Under the pieces are notes generated by a model, which was given only the letters and a program-made list of their open reading frames with translations, had not been told where the DNA came from and did not search any database. Of a stretch of DNA of 64,000 bases, positions 27,201-39,081 are shown piece after piece. The DNA is from Lingula anatina (Eukaryota > Animalia > Brachiopoda): the NCBI GenBank assembly GCA_051362555.1, contig CM120642.1, positions 10,974,001 to 11,038,000 of the forward strand, in the 5' to 3' direction. Both the position numbers and the translations under genes were made by a program. Every line of letters starts with the position of its first letter. Positions within the stretch are counted from its first letter, which is position 1.

Positions 27201-29655
27201 TCCTGTAATAGTCAGTAATTAAACATTTTTTTAGAAAAACCAAGCAGAGAAATAAGACCCTACCCATTGGTGCATTCTGTCAGCTTTCTTTTGTTTGTTT
27301 GTTTATTTGTTTGTTTGTTTTTTCGTTTTGCACCACGCTCAATTCTGCGAAATCTCGCTTGATACTTCGGCTATCTCGGATGATCTAAATTTCATCAATC
27401 TGAAACAAAAGTACACGCGTTTTGTGCCATTGTTATTCACAAAATTAAATTACCTATTTGTTCTTGGTCACATGGCAAAGACAAACAATCCCCTCCATCG
27501 TAGCCTGTCGTGGTGAAGTTACAGTTACGATCACATTTATTGTCCCCAATTTTCGCTGGATCGCACTCTCTTAAGACTTTTCTCTTTCTCATCGAACTGC
27601 TTTTTACTTCTTTTACCTCATACGTCCATGAAATGTCATAACGTAGAAATGCATCTTGTAACATTGCATGTTGTGCGAGTATCTGAGAAGAGGAAACGGA
27701 TGGGTTTGTGCCATCATCATCGTAAACGTTGATTAAACGGTATCGAAGTTCTTTCGGTGCGCGCAGTTCTGGGTGCGCTACGTAACTCCGGACTACATCT
27801 GGGTCATCGCAGACCGTTCGACCACAAGGTGGCGTTGTCAGTGCCATGTCGAACCGGTGATCATCAATGGTGGAATATACCCTGAGTGGTTCGTTGTGGC
27901 CGTCTTCTAGTTCCCATCCTGTAAGGGTGTTGAAGTTGGACGATATAACGAGGTTTTGGTGTCGTGCGGTTGTCTTTCCCTCAAACATTTGACGAACTAT
28001 TTCGCTGTGATGCAGCCCTTTTCTCCAGAGGCGTATTTCGTCTAATGATCCTCGGAAATATCGCTTCGCAATAGCGTCTCCGCCAATTTCAAATTGTTTG
28101 CAGCGATGATATGGTTCACTGAAAATATCCCCTCTCTGAGTTGTATCAGTAGCCACTTTGGCGCCATCTAGATAAAATTTCATTTTATGGTTGGCATAAA
28201 CAGCAGCAACATGGACCCACTTCTCGGGAATATAATTTCTGGACGATGTTAATAATGTGCCTTTGCGAGATCGCTCGGTATAAAGCGAGAAGAAGATGCG
28301 CGCATCTTTCCTTTCGTTTTTCCGCGTAGCTTTTATCCCTATTTGCCAGGTTCCTGGGTGTCGTTGACCAGTTTCTGTGACACAGGTATCAAACACGCCT
28401 GTCAAAAGAAAAGTTTTTAAATAAAATATGTGTGCCGGTTAGAAGGACAACAACTCTTCATCTTCATTAGTTATGACACAATCATAGGAAGATAGAACAT
28501 AAATCCAATAAAACCCAATGTCGGTTCTTCAAAAGTATTGATCATTACTAATTATTATTAGTAAGTACACATTTTCCAGACATTTTCCTTTCGCTGCTCG
28601 GATATGGTCAAAATTCACACCGTTCACACAACTGAACATTCTTATATTCGACCCAGAAACTTTCAAAACCCACACCGCTCAAATAATTGAATATTCTTCT
28701 GTTCAATCCAGAAACTTTCGTACCACGTACACGTAACGCTGCTGGGACTCTCGCCAAATTCAGTCATATATTAACACGCCTCCTCTTGTTTCCAACACAC
28801 CCGTATAATCTTTTTATCTGACTGCATTCAGCGAGAGTACCCCCGGACTTAGTTCGTACTACTTTGCGCGATAATTTATTTGTGAAGGCACCTTAATTTT
28901 TGAAATCAGGCAATAATAAGACATGTAGAAAAATCGTCTTTGATAGCCTCTCTCAGTAAATTGTAAAAATAATTAAGTGAAATAGAATTATTTAAAAAAA
29001 AGGGAGTATTACAAAAACAGAAATAACAATAACAGAAACCCGTTTATGAACTTGGACAGAAGTGTCATTAATTGAGAAAAATAGTCACTGGTGCATGACT
29101 AAGCTCTTTTCGTTCATCAGAGCAGTAACTTTAGAGATGAGAATTTACAAAAGAGGTGGAAGGACATCATCGTAATTGCTTGAACGAAATTGAGCTCTAA
29201 ATCGAAAGTTGCGTTGATATTGTACAATCGTGACGCCAGGGGTATGCTACGTATTATAAGTATGCGATCATCTGGTAACGCTGAAGTCGTGTGATTTAAT
29301 GTTATCGCCGCACTTGGCCAAGTTTTGTTCAAATTATCTGCAGTTACCTGACCGCTATTGTACGCGTGCTTGTGAGTTTGGATTGTGGCCAATGTCTGGT
29401 GGTGTTTGGTGTGAAACAGGTGCTGTACCGGACGACCTATATGTTACTGGTTAAGAAAGAAGGAGGAAGCGCGGCAGATTTGTTTAGATAACATACAGGA
29501 ACAGTAATGCTTTGTAAATAGAGACATGAAAAAATGTTAGCGTGTTTTTCAAATATGATCGGAGCTTTTCAACAAAAAGGGAAATGGTGACTATATATTG
29601 TAATTTCATTATTTTTTCAAGAGTACTGATTAACTTTTAAACCTGCTCTCTCTCG

Positions 29656-29691
<36 letters not shown>

Positions 29692-31509
29692 AGAACACCT
29701 ATCCTCTCAGCTAGACTTTCCTGTACAGATTATAAAGAGGCAGACAGACTTCTGTAACATTAAGGCCAATTTCAACATCCATATATTAGTTCGACTACTC
29801 TACAAAAATACATATCCATAAAATGTTTCAAAAATGGTCCCAGAATCACGCCACTTCCCCGGCCTATCACATCACGGAGTTGTTAATAAACCTCCAGCAG
29901 ACATCGGGCTAGCTGTAATAAAAATCAAACATCCTCAGGAACTTGAATGCTAAGATTTATCTACGGGGAGCAAGAATTGCTGCAGGCTTCCATTCAAAAC
30001 CGCAGTTTATCCGTAAATCAGGATACGCTCGCGGTAGACACGGAGTAAGAATAAGAGTAGATATCGTGAGAGAAAAGCACTTTTAACTCATTCACATTTT
30101 TTATTTGGCATTTATGGATAAAATGATTTATTTATCTTTTTCACTGCTTTATAATTAAGTAATTTATCAATTTGTGATTTTCTTCTTCTACTTCTTACCT
30201 CTTTCAATACGTTGCGCAGAACATCATTTCATCAAGGCTTCCATCTTTATATTGGAAGAATTTTAATCAATAATCTTATTTATCGGAAAATAAGTAGAAA
30301 TAATGCTTTATTCACATTTATGAGTATCATTATTTTATTGAATATAATTTATATTTGTCTGATACATTCATAAAAACTAAATTAAACTAAATCAATGTTG
30401 GAGGGATCAAACGTACCTGTGCGTTAAAGTCAAGCAAGTCCAGGAGACTTTTAGTAAAGATAGTAACAAAGCGCCCTTGCGATAAATGGCAGTACTAATA
30501 TTACAATCCCGCTACGCATTTTTCTAAAGAATTTAGGTGCCGTTTTAAATTGCCCTTGTTTACTTTGCAAGTCAGAATTGTTGGATAACTTCCTTGGTGC
30601 CTTTGGCAAAAGTCTTGTCCTCCCGCCACACCCACTACCTCCTCGTGTGTGCCGTTTAAGCGTTGTTCTCTTTTCGGTTATTTGAAAACGAGATGATGAC
30701 TTCTTTTAACCAGAAAATATTGAGACCAAAGAGTGTGGATTCAAAAGTATTAAGTTATCAGAGTTTTAACCCAGGGATATTTGAACCATTGACCGGGCAG
30801 CATTATTTTCCTAAGTGCGTTACACTTGATTTAATTCTTGTGTGAGGGATCGACTGAGACGAAAGCATTTCTCTCGCCTCCTCTCTTTCTCTCTCTTTTT
30901 CTGCGCCCGCGTCTAACGCTTTGTAATGAATAGGGGTGGATAAGACCCCTGGGATCCCCATATTTTCAAAACGGCCAGACAATGAGCGTATTCATTTTTC
31001 CTTTTTTTCAAAATTTTGCGATATCATTCATTTCCCATCGATTCTTTTGAGGCTGACTCGTGATAAATCCTTTGATTGAATAACACTTACGCGAGTATAT
31101 AATTAACATCTACGAATGTGAAAAAGATGTAAACATAAGCAGTGCCAAATTGAGTTGGCAGTTCCGATCAAAGTCCGCATTTATTACTCGTTTCTTTTCA
31201 ATTCTGCTGAGTTGCAAGGTTCAACACGCCCTAAGATGGACTCGTGTATATTTATGTTTGGACACAAACTGAGAACAGACTTAGAATTTCATTCACTGTG
31301 TATGGTGTCAGCATGGAACAAAGTCCACCTGATTTTTTAAAGGCATTACATGTTACATGTGCTTCACGAACAAGTCACACATGTATCCTTACAAAGAGAG
31401 GTTGATTTTGTTAAATCGGAAGAAAAAGCAATCAGAAAGAAATGGGGAGTGTGTGAAGTTGATAGAAAATACCAGAGATGAACGAACCAAAGATCATATA
31501 CCTCATAAT

Positions 31510-31565
<56 letters not shown>

Positions 31566-31589
31566 TTTGTGTGTGTGTGTGTGTGTGTG

Positions 31590-31620
<31 letters not shown>

Positions 31621-34600
31621 AGGAATATCACTGCTTTGCCATACAGACAGTTCTGCTCGAGCAGATCACTGAGCAGCAAGTTCCGCGTGTTTACCGACCA
31701 TCCCACGCGGTTAAATCGGCAATTACTCTGATTACTACATCCTCAGGACACGTAAACAAGTGGTCGTTTATCAGCGCCCTGTACAACTTCAGCAATCCTT
31801 TCACGTGCCTTGCACTTATAAAGTTCTACGACCATTTGGGCAATGTGTAAATAAGAATAAAAATGTAGCATAGAGCCTCAGGATTTAAAAAGGCTCTTTT
31901 TTGATAAATGTCAATTCCATACATTTGATTCTTGTTCTTAGTTTTATAAACCATGGTATTCGACGGCTCAAATAAATTTCTTTCAAAATCTAGCTAATTT
32001 GCCCTTGTGTCAAGCCCTTCCAATCATGATATACATATTCCCCCATAAAGAGATTATTTGTCCAAATAACAGACAGACAGACAGCGCAGACAGACGAGAA
32101 AACTCAACATATCGTACTCGCAATCTGTCGGGAGTGATTTTTGTCCTGAGGGTGGAGATGGAAGGGCGGCAATAGGAGAAAGAAAAGTGCCTTGTTTATA
32201 ACTAAGTGAAAAACGTTTAGTAATGCAGGGATTAACAAAAACATGTATTTTGACGCTGGGCCAAACATCGAGCAATGTACAAACAGCACTAGTTCACATG
32301 CGAATACCTAACGACTGGTTACATGTTAACAGGTTTAGATGAAAAATACAAAGAAAACAAAACAGCAAATTCTTAACCACAAAACTAAAATGATCATAGA
32401 TATATGGTTTTGCTTAAATAAATGGTGTGTGTGTATATAACAATTAAATCGAATTTGAAGAGAAAATGTTATTCGTGAAAAATCAAATTTCACCTCGAAA
32501 GATGCAGTCTACAATTCCTTTTTTGGAAATTCGCGGAAAAAAACAATAACAGAGCTAATGCAATCATCGTATATTGCACGCACCCAACGGAACGCAGTAA
32601 CTATTTTATGAAACTGGCATTGAGCGACTTTAGCCAGACAATAAACTATCAACAGGATCTTACACGTATGTTTTGACTTTTCTGAACCAGTTTGTACATT
32701 TACACATTTTTCTTGCGATATGTCGGGGTATGTTCTGTTTTATGTCGAATTAAACGCATTTTCTATTTAAATGATTTGCACAGGGTTGGACATGTTATTC
32801 AGGAGAAATTGTTTTAAAAATACCGTTGAACGGGCAACCCTTATTGCAAACTGATCGCAAAATTGATAAAATCACATTTCTACTAATAATCTAGTTAGTT
32901 AATTCAGACAACTTTTTTCAGTAAGTGCAACAATATGATAACGATTTTGCGAGGAATGTGGGCGTTTTTCAACAGAGTTGTGTAAATATGACAGTAAAAA
33001 GCTGTGAACGCGACCCGACAAAAGGGCACTAAAATGGTCCCCAGCTCTTTAAGATAAAGTATTACAAATTACTCTGAAAAGATAGAGACACACTCAATGG
33101 AGCACTGGTATGTACAGACTTATATCAAATTGTTTTAAAAACGGAATGAAAAAAAGGTGAGTTCTCGTTCGCAAAACAAAGGGGTGCGTAAAACCAAACA
33201 CCCTCTTGATAATTTTGCGCTTTCAAAATTAAAAGGCAATTTTCATTCTAAAGTAACTTCCACAAAATGTGACAGTTGAATATGATAGACGAGTCAACAG
33301 ACGTAGCCAACTATCACCCAATCAAGTAAGGAGACGGACCGTACAATTTCAAAAATGGAAAATTTAGATAATAGGGGTAATCATATTTGTTTCTCTCACA
33401 ATATGGTAGTCTAGCTTCAAAATAAAAAAGGCAACCTCACATACCACAGATACAACAATTGTGGGCCGAAAGGAGGGAAATGAATTCGCATTTTTTTCGT
33501 GATTTTAGATAGATAGTTTTTATTGCAATCAAATATACCGCTGTCGTGGTAGTTAATTACAATGTATTCAGGGGCGGACCCAGGATTATTTGAAGGGGGA
33601 GTCCGCGGATGCAAAGCAGACCCCTCCCCCTTGGCGTGGGGTTCGGGGCTCGCTGAAGGGCCCAAAAAACTTTTGGTAATTTAGAGGGCGAACGATGCCA
33701 TTTGGTAAGGTTTGGAACTACGATTCAGATGGTTAAAATTCTAATTTCAAGGGCGGACAATCGGTGTAATTTTTTCAGAAATGGAAGGGGGAGTCAGGAC
33801 CCCCCTGACACCCCAATAACTCCGCCACTGGTATTACAGAGAAATACCAGTACAATATAATACGATAGGAGAGAGACTGTGATGATATAACGTAAGAAAT
33901 TACTTATATGTAAGTAATTATGCAGCAATATGATAATGTACATATACACATGTATAGCATGATGAATGCACACAACATACTTGCAGTACAAAACCACATA
34001 CCACATACTGTTACATTTGCGTATACATTGTAAATTCTTAATGAAACGAGCAGATTAAAAATGTGACAAATGCAATTATATTTTCACTCACCGACAATGG
34101 GGACCTCGTCCAGTTGGCCGCCCTCGGGTTTCAGCCAAAATTCCACCGTAAAATCGTTCTTTGGAATCTCGAACGCAACATTCCGACCGCTGGGCTTCAA
34201 TCGCAAAACTTGGGCGTCCCCGGTAAATAACAGCGCGTGTCCATACTTTCCTCCCCTGGCTGTGCTCGACCCGCGTCCCGATCCGTCCACGTGGCGGCGA
34301 TGTCTCCCCAAGGACTGGTGACTCAGGTACTCGTCGGCTGATTCGTGGACCCCCCTGGAGTGACGGTGGTGGGAGGTGGGGTGGACCTGCAGATCCCGAG
34401 AGACATCCGACCGACGGTGGGAAGCGCCACCAAGACGTCTCATATCTCGCCTATGCTGCGTCGCTGCCAGCCAAGCGGCTCGGGCACGTTCTCCATACCT
34501 CCTGTGATAGTCCTCCACACTGCCGCCTTCACATGGTGGTATTTTGACAGTTACTAACAATAACACGGTAAATATCAAACTGTATTTCAATAACACCAAA

Positions 34601-34773
34601 GAACAAACCGAGGAGGTCATCATTGTAGATGCCTCCCGTCTTTCTTGAACCCCTAGAAATTGAAAGGAAGATTCCGTCCCTAGTGAAGTTGAACGTCTCA
34701 ATGATGAACTTAAATGGCGAGAACTTGGCTTTATGTTGTGGTTTGCCAGAGAAATGACCTTTCCCCCACTCAT
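10593..34773 (-). CDS. PAPPA: Pappalysin (PAPP-A family, M43B metzincin), complete, 21 coding exons
   Basis: Approximate exons: 34773(or 34623)-34092, 28398-27454, 26884-26773, 26457-26312, 25609-25325, 25019-24895, 24606-24417, 24169-24052, 23583-23430, 18469-18297, 17266-17144, 16868-16777, 16574-16375, 15667-15361, 15132-14886, 14559-14370, 14204-13999, 13775-13613, 11707-11575, 11314-11133, 10835-10593; all GT-AG. Signal peptide, RHRR furin site, LamG ([13 protein letters not shown]), [13 protein letters not shown]1/2 (DGGDC), [17 protein letters not shown] Met-turn, [18 protein letters not shown]-x-DGDGCS, five CCP modules, LNR3 ([14 protein letters not shown]). Confidence 0.96.
11832..12003. 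mobile_element. Non-autonomous DNA transposon (MITE), CAG..CTG ends, 5-bp TSD (hAT5-like)
   Basis: TIR CAGACCCGTAGCCAG / CTGGCTACAGACCTG, flanked by direct repeat GCTGA (11827-11831 and 12004-12008). Confidence 0.75.
17596..17737. mobile_element. MITE, family copy 1 (related copy at 28747-28838)
   Basis: ~25-bp TIR ACTATCCCTGAATGCAATCAGATTG / CAATCTGATTGCATTCAGCGAGAGT; internal GAAACAAGAGG segment shared in inverted orientation with copy 2. Confidence 0.7.
20476..22748 (+). CDS. Nested antisense gene in pappalysin intron 9: 205-aa secreted, Cys-rich, probably GPI-anchored protein of unknown family
   Basis: Exons 20476-20542 (phase 1, donor GTGAGT), 21303-21559 (long polypyrimidine tract, donor GTGAGT), 22099-22285 (donor GTAAGT), 22642-22748 (TAA). 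Total 618 nt, no internal stop. Signal [23 protein letters not shown]; 10 Cys in the mature part; C-terminus [38 protein letters not shown] at 23289. Confidence 0.8.
20860..21073 (+). mobile_element. ~214-bp MITE, PIF/Harbinger-like (3-bp TSD), copy 1
   Basis: Clearly homologous along its length to 53193-53407 (GATCGACCTAACTCCCTGGGGGTTC...GAGACTCCCC...ATAGATCGATCTAAA); imperfect TIRs; ATG on both flanks. Confidence 0.75.
21140..21226. repeat. (CT)n(CA)n microsatellite
   Basis: Read directly. Confidence 0.9.
21565..21837 (+). mobile_element. Helentron-associated (HINE/DINE-like) non-autonomous element, copy 1
   Basis: Starts TTATCTCCGCCAAGAAGGTTATGTTTT, contains TCTG/TTTG tetramer runs, ends TTTTCTAGTT; homologous to 25836-26051. 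Confidence 0.6.
25836..26051 (+). mobile_element. Helentron-associated (HINE/DINE-like) non-autonomous element, copy 2
   Basis: TTACCTCCGCCCAGGAGGTCGTGTTTT start; subterminal inverted TTGGCG; ends GTGCTTTTCTAGTT. Confidence 0.6.
28747..28838. mobile_element. MITE, family copy 2 (shorter, inverted relative to 17596-17737)
   Basis: ACTCTCGCCAAATTCAGTCA ... TCTGACTGCATTCAGCGAGAGT termini. Confidence 0.6.
31510..31620. repeat. (CT)n(GT)n microsatellite
   Basis: Read directly; further (CT)n at ~29645-29691 and ~43838-43868, (GT)n at ~35471-35506, (ATT)n at ~48192-48238. Confidence 0.9.
33569..33830. mobile_element. Non-autonomous DNA transposon, CAG..CTG ends, 5-bp TSD (hAT5-like)
   Basis: TIR CAGGGGCGGA / TCCGCCACTG, flanked by GTATT (33564-33568 and 33831-33835); GC-rich interior in AT-rich intron. 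Confidence 0.8.
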
Positions 34774-35466
34774 GCTTGTTCCATAACCTGTCTACGATTC
34801 AAAACTTGTCCCGGTTGTCAACAAAAGCGTCTGCTCGCACTCGGGTGAGAGTTGAAAAGGCACGTCCCACCGCCGCAGGGTTAGAGGTCGGGCATCGTGC
34901 GTAAGCTTCATTCAGAGGAAGTTGAGGCACGCAGAGCAATTACACTTAACTCCTCCTCTTGGCCTCATAAGTAATCTGTCAGTTGGTTTGCCCATGTAGA
35001 TTATCAGTGATCATTTGCTGATGGAAAAGATTGCTCTTTCAGATGGGTTTGGAAACATCCCGATTTAAAGAGTGCCATTGTCGCCTTTTAGTTTCCTTTT
35101 GAAAAAGTGCGGGAGAGGCAGAAACTCCACCCCCTCCCTGCTCTCTGGGTTCATCTTCCTATTTCAGAAGGTTCATCGGTCAAAAGTTTCTTTATCAAGT
35201 TATTAGTCACCGATAAATCTGCTACTTTATTTATTTTCATTAAGCGTGTGGAGTACAGATGCACGTGTGTACCTCGTCACATGGGGTCATAGAACAAACT
35301 TTTTTCTGGGAGAAAGAGGAAGTACGTGCCGACGCAGAAAAAACATAAAATGGATAAAATGGATATTCTGTCCTTGTCGTCTTTTGTGCGTGTATGTGTT
35401 ATCAAAGGTGGGTTGTGTCATGATTGACGACAAGAGGGGATATATCCTTGAAGCATATTGGGCATT

Positions 35467-35509
<43 letters not shown>

Positions 35510-38050
35510 GCTAATTCCCATTGAAACCATGGGTCTACGTAGCTTGTGCAAAGAGAGCAAATGAAAATATGAAAAAATAATAAAATGTGGAACCAGTTAG
35601 TGGAAATTATTTTTTTAAAAAATAAAGTAAAAATATTGATAGTTTCGAGCCGAGAACTGGAGCGCGGGAGGAACGCAAATACATTCGAATCTCGTACATA
35701 ATTTTGAAGAAGTAACATTTACAAATGACATTTTGATCTTTTTTCAATTTCTTTCTATTCACTGCACTTTATTGTATTCTGCACAGTTCTGATCAGGCCT
35801 ATAGGCCTACTCGTGCCAGCTTCCTCGGATAGTGATATGTGTAACATGTGTACCAATTATTCTTTCTAAGCGAGAAAATAATGAGCCGTCTGACTGCATT
35901 CATAAGCTTACCATGCAGTAGTTATTGAACCACTCGCCGCCTGGCTGTTGGTGTAAGTTGATTTGGCGGGTTAAAGTCTCCCTGTTCCCGTTTTCATCGC
36001 TCTGCGTACCACAGTGTACAGGTGTGTGCGAGTGTGTGATATTGCTCATATTTGTCTGATAAATTGCAAGATGCATCAAACGACATATACTTTATAATTC
36101 AGCTGAATTTCACTTTTTACCTCTGCATCGACTCAGTAGGCGGAGGCGCGCGTCGCACTATTCATACATATAACTCTAGATGAACTACAGATGAATCCTG
36201 TCATCTTTCTCCACCAAATCCAATGCAACATTGCTTAGACTGTGTAAAATGTCAAAGATAACGTTATGAGTTATATGTGGTAATAGTCGTTTATATTCAT
36301 ATTGAAGGCAGGTGAAAACAAAAAGACATACTATTAATTAATCAATCCATCTCCTTAAAAAGTAAACAAAATGAATTTGGTACGTCACGTGTGACAACGC
36401 GATTACAGCCTTGTATTAGTTGTATCTCGTATTTACACCTTGGTTGTGGGGTCACATTCATAAAATGGACTTTGCACGGGTACACGCCTCGCCACAAGCG
36501 TCCTAAGCAGTAAAGAATGTAAATGTTTACCTCTTTCACATAAATGTCAGGTTAATAGACCGGTTAGTAAACAGCAAACAGGCGCTCGTACACAGAGGGC
36601 ACGTGCCCGATAACTGCCATTATCTTGGAAGTCTCGATTTCAACAAAGTAGACTAGACTCAGACAGGGAGGTTGAAAAAACTTTGTAAACCACAAAATAA
36701 ATTCTACTACTACTAGTGACAATAATTATGATTACCAAGTGAAAGATACCGGTACTAGTAGGTACATAGCGCTAAATAAATGAATAACAAAAGATTATAG
36801 CTACAGTAAAAGATAAAGTCACCCATGCTCTTTATTTGCTCTATTATATTATTCAAACAATGGCTGCTGACGAAATAAAAATTGACACCATCCATCTTTG
36901 CCTATTTGAAGATAGACTTAGCAAATCTATGTTTCATTTATTGTTGTTCTTCGCGAATAAAGGCTCACATCACGCACCTTAGGGTGTATTTTATAGCTTC
37001 AAGATGATTGTAATCGTGGTGATTCTTGTACATATATTGAATATTAATAAAATAACAATTAGTACATAAACACTTTTAAATATCATCGTAAAATACATGA
37101 AACGTGTATTTCACGATGATGTGAGTAATGCAAACGAAATAATGACATTAATAATAATAATTATAATAATTTCCATCATTCTAAGGACAAGCCATGGTTG
37201 AAAGGTCACTGGTCAGGGCAAGGGTTGGACAATTGAAAAAATGTGTACATAATTTGATATTTGAATATGGATGAAAAATAAATACAAAAACATAACAGTG
37301 ATAATGTAGACATTTTTCAAATGCATTTAAATGCATTTTGCCTTTGTGAATCATTGTGATAGTTGCACCGGAAAGTGGCATGAACACGGTCTCAACTATC
37401 ACATTGTCTGCAACCATGGCTTTCAAAACGAATGAAAAAGTTAAATGAGACTTTATTGAACAAATTGAAAATACATAAAATAGTAAACTTCAAGGTTGTT
37501 TATTCCACAAATGAAACATAATTTTAGTGAGGTCAATTGCCTATGCAGGCATCCCACTTCGTCCCTGGCGATCTTATTACTTGCTTAGCGTCCATTGGCG
37601 CGTTTAATATCTTATCCACATTCAATGTAAAAAAAATGATACAATTAAGGGTCATATTACTTTTTGAACAAAACTAATTTAAGTAATTTGAGTTAAAACA
37701 TGTATATTGTGCCTTTGAGATTTCTAAAGTAGGCCTACATTGTAGGCCTGTATGTGGGACGGAAAATGAATTTTACAGCATCAGTACAGGTAAACGCTTG
37801 CATGTAAAATCAATCGATCAATTTAATTGCAGAGCATGTAGTGATTGATTTTTAAAAATCGTTGTCAATTTAACTTATGAATGAAAGGCCACCGAGGAGA
37901 TAATATCTCTTCATTTGGGGCGGTAAAGATGACTTGGCCCACTTTATCGCGGATACAGGTAGGCCTACTCTCCAAAAGGTATAGCGATCACAGTGAAAAT
38001 TGGCCGGGGTGGACAATATTGGTGTTCTATTGGGGTGGCCTCCATGCCGA

Positions 38051-38985
38051 TTAAAGTCGTCTACAGGAGACGGTCTTGGCAAGAGTGTTCTTTAACCAGC
38101 AGTTGCAATAACACTCGTATCTTGTACTGCGGGTTTTATCTTCTATTGTCACCTGAAAACAAAACATAAAGAGAATTTCATAAATTGACATATTAAAAAT
38201 ATCATTTTGCGCGTCTCTTAAGGGATTATTACAGAGGGTAGCCATCTATGGAGGTAACGGGGGTCCGATGGCAAGCACAGATACCAGAATAATTGCGACA
38301 ACAGCCGTTTTGGTGATAAAAATATTTTATTATTTTTATTAGTTGCTTACAATGTATTTATTGTGAAATATTGATCTCATACAAAGATGAGTTGTCCCTT
38401 TCAAGTGTGCAATACATTCATTTTCTAATGCGGTCTTAGGAATTATTAAAAAATATTCGTGCATATACTTCTAATAAAATAAGTTAATAATGGTCAAAGT
38501 CAACTTAATCTTTTTCACACTCTCATAAGACTGTATGAAAAAGTTTTTTCTGGATCATCATTTGACTTTCGTTCGATGCCTCAGGTCATACTAGTCATCG
38601 AGTTGTCTGACTTGGACCTTTTTTTCACAACTTTTGCAGTTTTTTAGTTTTAAACGTATACTGAGGCCAAATGTTGTATTCTGTTACAACACTTGCTTTG
38701 TTTGATACAAATATTTTGCCCACTTCAACTTTAAGAATTGTTTGCCCTTACCCTGTCTAGTTTCCAATCGGAGCCAAAACCAGTGCCATCTTGACGAATA
38801 TTTATCTTACTCAGATTGCTCACGTTCGGCAAATACAGCTCCATGGTATCCACGCTGGGTGCAAATAATTATTGCAGTTAATGACATTGTAATTAATAAT
38901 TTTGAAGAATTTGAAAAACATTATTAGTCATTGGTCGGCAACTTATTAGCAGAACATCATTACGCTTGAGAAGACAAGATCATCC

Positions 38986-39016
<31 letters not shown>

Positions 39017-39041
39017 AATAATAATAATATCTGTATAAAGC

Positions 39042-39081
<40 letters not shown>

